A DNA stretch of 64,000 bases, from NCBI GenBank assembly GCA_040255525.1, contig JBDZVD010000024.1:1722-65721 (forward strand), in the 5' to 3' direction. The DNA comes from Micromonosporaceae bacterium. GTDB lineage: Bacteria > Actinomycetota > Actinomycetes > Mycobacteriales > Micromonosporaceae. Position 1 is the stretch's first letter. The number at the start of each line of letters is the position of its first letter. The position numbers were made by a program, and so were the translations under genes. Shown here piece by piece: positions 57,215 to 64,000 of the stretch. The notes under the pieces were generated by a model. That model was not told where the DNA came from. It did no database searches and saw only the letters and a program-made list of their open reading frames with translations.

Positions 57215-57334
57215 TCAGACCTGGCGACACAGGCATGCTGCGACCAGGCCGAAGTCGATCGGCCGGCGCTTGGTGAGCATCAGGTCACGGTCGCTGCACG
57301 CCTGGGATGGCGAGGCGGGGACCACGGGGCTCAT
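57215..57334 (-). CDS. candidate leaderless Cys-containing short ORF (39 aa) upstream of the rhodanese operon
   Basis: MSPVVPASPSQACSDRDLMLTKRRPIDFGLVAACLCRQV. GC3 is about 33 of 38 codons. A TAGGCT -10-like hexamer lies 8 nt upstream of the ATG and there is no SD. An internal ATG at 57280 would give a 21-aa peptide. Confidence 0.45.
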   Translation of the reverse strand: MSPVVPASPSQACSDRDLMLTKRRPIDFGLVAACLCRQV

Positions 57335-57399
57335 GGTTCCGGAGCCTATCATCGCGGCAACCGGGCGAACAGTGCGTCTCACCTTGCGACAAGGCTCAC

Positions 57400-58167
57400 T
57401 TACGCTCCGCCGCCAGCCAGCGCGACATCCGTCGCCGTCGCCGTGATGGCCACGCCCTCCGGCCTCGCCTGAACGCTCTTGACCTTCAGGTGGTACGGCA
57501 GCGGCGGGATCTTCACGCTGAACGACAGCTCCTCCTTGAGCGAGCCGAGCACCGCCTGCAGCAGCGCGGGGACCCCGCCTCCCCGGACGTTCACCTGCGT
57601 GATGTTCACGTGCGCCGTGCCGCCGCTGACGGCGATCGTGCCGGTGGCGACCACGGTCGTCGACACATTCAGCACCCGCACCGGCGCGGTGATCTGCACC
57701 TTGCCGTCCGGCAGTGCGGTGACGGTGGCGCCCGTGCTGTTGAACTTCGACAGGTCGATCAGCTTGTTGACCGAGTCCCAGCCGAGCCGGCCGGTGCCGG
57801 TGACGTTGTCCGCGGTGACCTGGCCGTTCCCGTTGATCAAGGCGCGGGCACTGGCGTTGACGCCGGTGGCGACGACGGTGAGGTCGTCAAGGGTGACGTC
57901 CTGGTCGGTCGGTTTCGTCACATCGATCGTTATCTTGTCGTACCGGCCCCGGACGACCTGGGTCAGGAACGGGAACCCGCTGATCTTGACGGACGGATCC
58001 TCCGGGGAGCTGATGTGCTGGTCGGCCATCTGCTGCTTGGCCTGGCTGGCAACGGTGCGTTGCGCGGCGTAGGCGGCCACCCGGTCGGTGATGGTGAGCA
58101 GCCCGACCACGGCGATCACCAGGATCACCAGCACAAGCAGGGCCTTGCGTCCACGACTGGCCGCCAT
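57400..58167 (-). CDS. lmeA: LmeA-family (DUF2993) phospholipid-binding protein
   Basis: N-terminal TM helix, then repeated beta-rich segments (ISGFPFLTQVVRGRYDKITIDV...). From memory, syntenic with Rv0817c. Confidence 0.7.
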   Translation of the reverse strand: MAASRGRKALLVLVILVIAVVGLLTITDRVAAYAAQRTVASQAKQQMADQHISSPEDPSVKISGFPFLTQVVRGRYDKITIDVTKPTDQDVTLDDLTVVATGVNASARALINGNGQVTADNVTGTGRLGWDSVNKLIDLSKFNSTGATVTALPDGKVQITAPVRVLNVSTTVVATGTIAVSGGTAHVNITQVNVRGGGVPALLQAVLGSLKEELSFSVKIPPLPYHLKVKSVQARPEGVAITATATDVALAGGGA

Positions 58168-58199
58168 GTGAGTGCTCCTCGCTCTCGTTGCGCCGCCCG

Positions 58200-59672
58200 T
58201 CAGTTCAGGTTGGTCACCAGTACCATGACGCTCAGCACGTACGCGACCGGCGAGGCCAGCGCGAAGCCGCCGAGCGGGCCCTGCAGGTGCCGTGCGATCC
58301 ACAGCGCCGGCCGCTCGCCGTCCAACTGCCTGCTCACCTCCGCATAGGAGACCGCGAGGTCGGCCAGCACCGCCACCAGGGCGGTCACCAGGCCGGTGAT
58401 CGCGGCCCCGGACGGGTGCAGCCCGGCCAGTTCCGATCCCATGACGCTCGCCGCGACCGTTCCGGCCATCGCGCCCAGGACCACTCCGATCGAGCCGCGC
58501 GGCACCTGGGGGCTGGTGCGTGGTGACGGCAGCAGGGTGTCCGCCAGCCTGGCGACCACCAGGGCGACTCCGGCGGCGACCAGACAGACGACGATCGCAG
58601 GGGTACCCGGCGCGTGCCGGCCCAAAACAATCAGCATCGCGAAGCAGACCACGCCGATGACGACGATCAGCGTGCTGCCCAGCGACTCAGTGACGCGCGG
58701 CCGGGGGCTGGGGCGCAGCAGCTGCCCGGCGACCGCCGCGCCGACCGCGGCCACCATGATCAGGCCGAGCGGGGCGAGCGAGGCGTGCTGCGGCACGGAG
58801 GCGGCCACGTCCGCGCCGGCCGCGGCGGCCAGGGCCACGCCCGCGACGATCCGGGGCCCGGCGGGCCGGATGGTCGCCGTCCACGCCAGGACAAACAGGA
58901 TCTGCACCCCGAAGATCACGAGCGCGTACGAGCCGGGCGCCGTGGACGCACCGAGAATGAGCGCGAGCCCGAGCAGGCCAGCGAACCCGGCCACGGACAG
59001 GGAGAGCAGCCGGTTGACCGGCGCCACCTGCTCGCCGCGCTCCTGGAGCCAGCTCGGCAGGTCGGACTGCATGTTGCTGGTGAGGCCGGTCTCCTGCCCG
59101 TCCGCCGCCCGGCGGCGGTGCGGCCTGCGCAACCGGCGACCGCCCTCGTCCGGCCCGGTCACGACCCGGGTGGCGTCGTCCCGGCGCTCACCCCGGACGG
59201 CATCACCCGGTCCCGGGTCGGCCTGCCACGACTGTGTCATGCCCTGCTCCACCCCCGCGCGTTGCTCCCCCCGGCCCCGCTCGGCGCGGACCCGGTCGGC
59301 ACGGCCCCGCGGATCCTCCGCGGGCGGGCCGGCCGGGTAGTCGATCCCGCCGTCCTGCACCGCGCTCCAACCGAACGGATCCGAGTCGTCGATGCGCCGG
59401 TCGGACGAGCCCGCGCGGCGGGGGCGGCGGGCACCGGCCCGCTGGCCGCGCCAGTCGTCGGGGCCGCCGCCTGCCGCCTCGCGGCCTCCGCCGGGGGGGA
59501 ATGTCGGGGACACGCCCCTGATCGTGCCAGAGCGTGACCAGTTGTCGCGACGCCGGCCGCCATCGGCATCCCGGCGGATACCGGCGCGCACCCGTCTGGA
59601 CCCGGTTCCGGCGGCGCACCCGGTACGCCGCCGGCCGAGCGCCGCACCGCCGCGCCGCCCGGAGTGCGTCAC
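58200..59672 (-). CDS. integral membrane protein with long Arg/Gly/Asp-rich N-terminal region
   Basis: The C-terminal ~290 aa form 8 or more hydrophobic helices. The in-frame N-terminal ~200 codons keep high GC3, so they are probably translated. The exact start is uncertain. Confidence 0.6.
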   Translation of the reverse strand: MTHSGRRGGAALGRRRTGCAAGTGSRRVRAGIRRDADGGRRRDNWSRSGTIRGVSPTFPPGGGREAAGGGPDDWRGQRAGARRPRRAGSSDRRIDDSDPFGWSAVQDGGIDYPAGPPAEDPRGRADRVRAERGRGEQRAGVEQGMTQSWQADPGPGDAVRGERRDDATRVVTGPDEGGRRLRRPHRRRAADGQETGLTSNMQSDLPSWLQERGEQVAPVNRLLSLSVAGFAGLLGLALILGASTAPGSYALVIFGVQILFVLAWTATIRPAGPRIVAGVALAAAAGADVAASVPQHASLAPLGLIMVAAVGAAVAGQLLRPSPRPRVTESLGSTLIVVIGVVCFAMLIVLGRHAPGTPAIVVCLVAAGVALVVARLADTLLPSPRTSPQVPRGSIGVVLGAMAGTVAASVMGSELAGLHPSGAAITGLVTALVAVLADLAVSYAEVSRQLDGERPALWIARHLQGPLGGFALASPVAYVLSVMVLVTNLN

Positions 59673-59767
59673 TTCACCTGGTGAGTTGACCTGGACCTTC
59701 GGTTATTCTCTTCTCGTAACCGCCCGTCAACGCCGTCGGGATGATCGACAACAGACGGAGGAGACGC

Positions 59768-60526
59768 GTGGAGATCCTGTTGTTGACCGGTAACCGTCCC
59801 GGCGAGCCGACCAGCGTCCTCCCGGCCCTGGACCTGTTGCCACACTCGGTGCGCACCGCACCGCGCGACGTACGCACGCTGGTCTCCGGCCCGTCGCCCG
59901 ACGTGGTCATGATCGACGCCCGCAGCGAGCTGGCCGACGCCCGCGCCACCTGCCGGATGCTGCACGCCACCGGACTGGGAGTGCCGCTGCTCGCGGTCGT
60001 CTCCGAGTCGGGCCTCGTCGCGCTGTCCGCCGACTGGGGGCTCGACGACGTGGTACTCGCCTCGGCCGGCCCGGCCGAGGTCGAGGCGCGGCTGCGGCTC
60101 GCGGTCGGCCGGCAGGGGCAGGCCAACTCCAACGAGGGCACCCTGATCCGGGCCGGCGAACTGGCGATCGATCCAGACACGTATGCGGCGAAGCTCAAGG
60201 GCCGGCCGCTCGACCTCACGTACAAGGAGTTCGAGCTGCTCAAGTTCCTCGCCCAGCACCCGGGCCGGGTGTTCACCCGGGACCAGCTGCTGCGCGAGGT
60301 GTGGGGCTATGACTACTTCGGCGGCACCCGCACCGTCGACGTGCACGTCCGGCGGCTGCGGGCCAAGCTCGGCTCCGAGTACGAGTCGATGATCGGCACG
60401 GTCCGCCAGGTCGGGTACAAGTTCGTCGTCCCGCCGTCGCGGGCGCTCCCGGACACCGAGGCGGTCGGCGCCGTCGCCCCCGCGTCGGTCGCCGCGCCCG
60501 GGGCCGTCGCCGATCCGCGCTCCTGA
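59768..60526 (+). CDS. glnR: orphan atypical OmpR-family nitrogen regulator GlnR
   Basis: Strong resemblance to the Streptomyces/Mycobacterium GlnR sequence as I recall it: LLLTGN...[102 protein letters not shown]. Adjacent to mshD as in Rv0818-Rv0819. Start is the GTG at 59768 or the track start at 59741. Confidence 0.85.
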   Translation: MEILLLTGNRPGEPTSVLPALDLLPHSVRTAPRDVRTLVSGPSPDVVMIDARSELADARATCRMLHATGLGVPLLAVVSESGLVALSADWGLDDVVLASAGPAEVEARLRLAVGRQGQANSNEGTLIRAGELAIDPDTYAAKLKGRPLDLTYKEFELLKFLAQHPGRVFTRDQLLREVWGYDYFGGTRTVDVHVRRLRAKLGSEYESMIGTVRQVGYKFVVPPSRALPDTEAVGAVAPASVAAPGAVADPRS

Positions 60527-60723
60527 CCGAGGATCACCGCCGGCACCCGGTCGGGCGGGCGGGCCCAGCTTGGCCGGGATCCGGCCGAGGTGAGCGTTTT
60601 GGCCGTGCCCTCGAAAGGGTGCGGCGCGGCCGCGATCTCGGCGGTCGCGGTCGGGCGCCATGGTGATCGGCGCGACTGTGGGCTCGCGGCGCGATGCCGG
60701 TAAGGACCGGATACGGTTGCGGG

Positions 60724-61722
60724 ATGACCTCTACCGTGCCGGTGCGGCGCCTCGATCGACTGGATCCGCACCAGGTCGGCGAGGTGCTGGAACTGACCCG
60801 CGCGGCGGGCGACGCGGACGGGGCCCACCCGCTGTCCGAGCACGTGATGCTGCACGTCCGCCACGGTGGCGACGAACCGGCGGTCCATCTGGTCGTCCGG
60901 GTCGACGACCGGCTCGTCGGGTACGCGCACGTGGACACGACCGACACGATCGAGGGCGCCAGCGCCGAGTTGGTGGTACACCCGATGTTCCGCCGGCGCG
61001 GGCTCGGCCGCGCCCTGGTGGCGGCGGCGACCGACGCGGCGACCGAGCACGACCCGACCGGCCGGCTGCGGCTGTGGGCGCACGGGGACCACCCGTCGGC
61101 CAGCGCCCTCGCCCTGTCCATGGGCTTCGAGCGGCACCGGGTGCTGTGGCAGATGCGCCGCTCGCTGTATGCGCCCGTCGAGGCGCCGCAGGTGCCGCCC
61201 GGCGTGCGGATCCGCGCGTTGCGGCCGGGCGAGGACGACGTCGCCTGGGTGGACCTCAACGCGCGGGCGTTCGCGCGCCACCCCGACCAGGGCAAGTGGA
61301 CGCTGAAGGACCTCCGGGTGCGGATGGCCGAGCCGTGGTTCGACCCGGCCGGGTTCCTGCTGGCCGAGCGCGAGCCGGGGCAGGACGGTGCGTCCGGCGC
61401 CGCCCGGCCCGGCCCGGAAGGCCAGCGGCCGATCCTGGGCTTCCACTGGACCAAGGTGCACGGCGCTCTGCGCGACGAGGGAGCCGGCACCCACCAGCAC
61501 GACCCGATCGGCGAGGTGTACGTGCTGGGTGTCGACCCGTCCGCGCAGGGGCTCGGCCTGGGTACCGCGCTGACCCTGGCCGGCCTGCGTTACCTGCGCG
61601 GACGAGGACTGGACCAGGCGATGCTGTACGTCGACGAGAGCGACGCGTCGGCGGTCCACCTGTACCAGAAACTCGGGTTCGCGCGGTGGTCGACGGACGT
61701 GAGCTTCCGGCGCCGGATCTGA
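60724..61722 (+). CDS. mshD: mycothiol synthase (mycothiol acetyltransferase)
   Basis: Two GNAT domains (FRRRGLGRALVAAA, and QGLGLGTALTLAGLRYL...MLYVDESDASAVHLYQKLGF). The ATG at 60724 is preferred over the track start at 60694. Confidence 0.85.
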   Translation: MTSTVPVRRLDRLDPHQVGEVLELTRAAGDADGAHPLSEHVMLHVRHGGDEPAVHLVVRVDDRLVGYAHVDTTDTIEGASAELVVHPMFRRRGLGRALVAAATDAATEHDPTGRLRLWAHGDHPSASALALSMGFERHRVLWQMRRSLYAPVEAPQVPPGVRIRALRPGEDDVAWVDLNARAFARHPDQGKWTLKDLRVRMAEPWFDPAGFLLAEREPGQDGASGAARPGPEGQRPILGFHWTKVHGALRDEGAGTHQHDPIGEVYVLGVDPSAQGLGLGTALTLAGLRYLRGRGLDQAMLYVDESDASAVHLYQKLGFARWSTDVSFRRRI

Positions 61723-61832
61723 CCGCGCGCCTGCGGGACACCCGCGAGCAACCATCGCGCGGCCGCGCGATGCGGTGACCGAGGCACAGATATCCGAACC
61801 AGTCACCCGCGGAATCGGGCATCGGCACCACG

Positions 61833-61931
61833 GTTCACGCAACCGACATCTCGCCCTGGGCACATCGTCAACCAGTGCCCGGCACGTGTTCACCCCGCGT
61901 TCACTCGCGGCCTCTGCACCGTCCACCTGCC
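61833..61931 (+). promoter_or_regulatory. PHO-box-like 11-nt direct repeat units upstream of pstS
   Basis: GTTCACGCAAC (61833), GTTCACCCCGC (61888), GTTCACTCGCG (61899) and GTCCACCTGCC (61921) all sit in the same 11-nt register, 100-195 bp upstream of the pstS GTG. Confidence 0.5.
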
Positions 61932-62027
61932 GCTCCTACCGTCCAGGGCATCCGGCCTGATCGCCGGCTACTGCGACGGTGGCTACCGCTGCCGTGAAGC
62001 TCTCGAAAACTCTCGAAGGGACAGCAC

Positions 62028-63143
62028 GTGAAGCTCCAGCGGCACGGCATCCTGGCTGGCCTCGCGCTGACCGCGACGTTCGCGCTCGCCGCGTGCGGCT
62101 CGGACAACAACACGACCCCGGCGGCGAACGCCGCCGGCGGTAGTTCCTCTGCGGCGAACCCCATTGCCTGCGCGAGCGGCACTCTGAGCGCTCAGGGTTC
62201 GACCGCTCAGCAGAACGCCATCAACGAGTGGGTGAAGGACTACCAGACCTCCTGCTCCGGCGCCAACATCGTCTACCAGGGCACCGGCTCCGGCGCGGGC
62301 CAGCAGGCCTTCATCTCGGGCACCGCCGACTTCGCCGGCTCGGACTCGCCGCTCACCGCCGCCGACCAGCCGAAGGCCGACGCCCGCTGCAAGACCGGCC
62401 CGGCGATCCACCTGCCGATGGCGGTCGGCCCGATCGCGGTGGTCTACAACATTCAGGGTGTGACCGGCCTGCAGCTCAGGCCCGCCACCCTAGCCAAGAT
62501 CTTCGCCGGCAAGATCACCGCGTGGAACGACCCGGCGGTCAAGGCCGACAACCCGAGCGCCACGCTGCCGTCCACCAAGATCCTGACGGTGCACCGCTCG
62601 GACAGCTCCGGCACCAGCGACAACTTCACCAAGTACCTGAGCACGGTAGACGCGGCCGACTGGACCTTCGGCCACGACAAGACCTGGAAGGGCCCGGGCG
62701 GCGACGCCGAGAAGGGTTCGGACGGCATCGCCTCGCTGCTCAGCAAGACCGACGGCGCGATCGGCTACGTCGAGTGGTCCTTCGCCCAGGCCGACAACCT
62801 GAACGTCGCGAAGGTCGGTAACGGCGCGGGCGAGTTCGCCGAACTGAACGGCGACTCTGCCGGCAAGACCATCGCCAGCGCCCAGACCACTGGCACCGGC
62901 GACGACATGCAGCTCAAGATCGATTACCGCACCACGGCCCCGGGCGCGTACCCGATCGTCCTGGTCACGTACGAGATCGTCTGCGAGAAAGGCAACGACA
63001 CGAGCAAGCTGCCGCTGCTGAGGGACTTCCTGTCCTACACCGCCAGCACCGGTGGCCAGCAGGCCATCGCCACGGTGGGCTACGCGCCGCTCCCCGAGTC
63101 GGTCCGCACCAAGGTCGCCTCCACAGTGGACAACCTGAGCTGA
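62028..63143 (+). CDS. pstS: phosphate ABC transporter substrate-binding lipoprotein
   Basis: Lipobox LAACGS, plus GSTAQQNAINEW, GTGSGAGQQAF and SDSSGTSDNFTKYL. Confidence 0.9.
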   Translation: MKLQRHGILAGLALTATFALAACGSDNNTTPAANAAGGSSSAANPIACASGTLSAQGSTAQQNAINEWVKDYQTSCSGANIVYQGTGSGAGQQAFISGTADFAGSDSPLTAADQPKADARCKTGPAIHLPMAVGPIAVVYNIQGVTGLQLRPATLAKIFAGKITAWNDPAVKADNPSATLPSTKILTVHRSDSSGTSDNFTKYLSTVDAADWTFGHDKTWKGPGGDAEKGSDGIASLLSKTDGAIGYVEWSFAQADNLNVAKVGNGAGEFAELNGDSAGKTIASAQTTGTGDDMQLKIDYRTTAPGAYPIVLVTYEIVCEKGNDTSKLPLLRDFLSYTASTGGQQAIATVGYAPLPESVRTKVASTVDNLS

Positions 63144-63178
63144 CGAGCACGACAGGTAGACGAATCGATAGGCAGACG

Positions 63179-64000
63179 ATGAGCCAACCATCGTTTCCGG
63201 GCTCCGCCGAGGCCGCTCCCGTGGTCCCGGCGGAGCCGCCGCGTGACCTGACTGTGCAAGACGACACCCGTACCGCCGGCGTCCCGCGTCACCGCTCCGG
63301 CGGCCGGACGCCGGTCGCCCCGATGGGCGGCGGTGGTGCCCTGCCCGCGAGACGGCGCTTCGGCGCGGACAGCGTCTTCCGCTGGTTCACCACCGGCGCC
63401 GGGACGCTTGTGCTGGTCGTCATCGTGGCCATCGCGATCTTCCTGATCGTGCGGGCCGTACCGGCGATCAGGGCCGACAAGGCCAACTTTCTGACCCACT
63501 TCGAGTGGTTCCCCAACGACCCGACCGACCCCAGGTTCGGTATCGCCTCGCTCGCGATCGGTACCGTGTCCAGCTCCGCGATAGCGCTCGTCCTGGCGGT
63601 ACCGGTGGCACTGGGCATCGCGTTGTGCCTGTCGCACTACGCGCCCAGGCGGCTGGCCAACGGGCTCGGCTTCCTGATCGACCTGCTGGCGGCCGTGCCC
63701 AGCATCGTGTTCGGCCTCTGGGGCCGGGACTACCTGGTCGACCCGGTCCGGAACCTTTCCGGCTGGCTGCACCGGTACTTCGGCTGGATCCCGCTGTTCG
63801 GCAGCGACGGCCCGTACGGCAAGTCGATCCTGCTCGGCTCGCTCGTGCTCGCCATCATGGTCCTGCCGATCATCACGTCGCTGTCCCGCGAGGTGTTCCG
63901 GCAGGCATCGGGCATGAACGAAGAGGCGGCCCTGGCGCTCGGCGCGACGAAGTGGGAGATGATCCGCCTGGCGGTCATCCCTCACGGCCGTCCCGGCCTG
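63179..64000 (+). CDS. pstC: phosphate ABC transporter permease PstC (3' end beyond the window)
   Basis: Translating from the ATG at 63179 gives an uninterrupted frame to the window end with PstC features (FGIASLAIGTVSSSAIALVLAVPVALGIA, PSIVFGLWG, EAALALGATKWEMI). Not in the ORF track because no stop is reached. Confidence 0.9.
   Translation, partial: MSQPSFPGSAEAAPVVPAEPPRDLTVQDDTRTAGVPRHRSGGRTPVAPMGGGGALPARRRFGADSVFRWFTTGAGTLVLVVIVAIAIFLIVRAVPAIRADKANFLTHFEWFPNDPTDPRFGIASLAIGTVSSSAIALVLAVPVALGIALCLSHYAPRRLANGLGFLIDLLAAVPSIVFGLWGRDYLVDPVRNLSGWLHRYFGWIPLFGSDGPYGKSILLGSLVLAIMVLPIITSLSREVFRQASGMNEEAALALGATKWEMIRLAVIPHGRPGL

Noticed and set aside
1-64000. Search for tRNA, rRNA, transposase or integrase genes, prophage genes or a defence island.
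   Set aside because: No T-loop or acceptor-like tRNA signatures were seen in intergenic DNA, no rRNA-like stretches, and no transposase, integrase or phage-like ORFs. Gene content and synteny are those of a conserved core region. A scan by eye cannot fully exclude small ncRNAs.

Overview
Very high-GC (about 70% by eye) actinobacterial core-chromosome segment, densely packed with about 70 housekeeping CDS. I found no rRNA, tRNA, CRISPR array, transposase, integrase or prophage signature. From memory, gene order mirrors two conserved Mycobacterium tuberculosis blocks. The first is Rv0474-Rv0512: XRE regulator-hbhA, mshA-ybjN-gpm-senX3-regX3, ppx, Rv0500A/B, galE2-like epimerase, acyltransferase, serB1-like HAD, and hemACDB preceded here by rex as in Streptomyces. 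The second is Rv0812-Rv0820: pabC, FABP-like, sseC/cysA2 rhodanese, lmeA, glnR, mshD, then pstSC. Also present are korAB, a class III cyclase-STAND-TPR protein, an ECF sigma with a DUF5667 partner, a HisKA_3/LuxR two-component pair, and proline dehydrogenase. The window also carries a glutathionylspermidine-synthase-like gene with a CGNR zinc-finger neighbour, a macro-domain protein and an AlaX-type editing protein. I see no clear-cut novel multi-gene system such as a defence island. The items most worth a second look are: (1) an unannotated, apparently leaderless Cys-containing short ORF upstream of the rhodanese-DUF1416 operon; (2) an ~840 bp structured, lower-GC non-coding gap between ybjN and gpmA with a bidirectional terminator; (3) a three-gene module of tandem YbjQ/UPF0145-domain proteins of unknown function; (4) a repeat- and GACAC-rich 0.5 kb leader region with a translationally coupled uORF in front of an N-terminally extended ECF sigma; (5) two divergent genes (ppx and a Cys-rich protein) whose ATGs are 18 bp apart and share a symmetric -10 element. 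The bS22 ribosomal protein gene (33 aa) is missing from the ORF track. Many long ORFs in the track are antisense or out-of-frame artefacts of the high GC content and were rejected. All family assignments rest on motif recognition by eye, and start codons are often uncertain.
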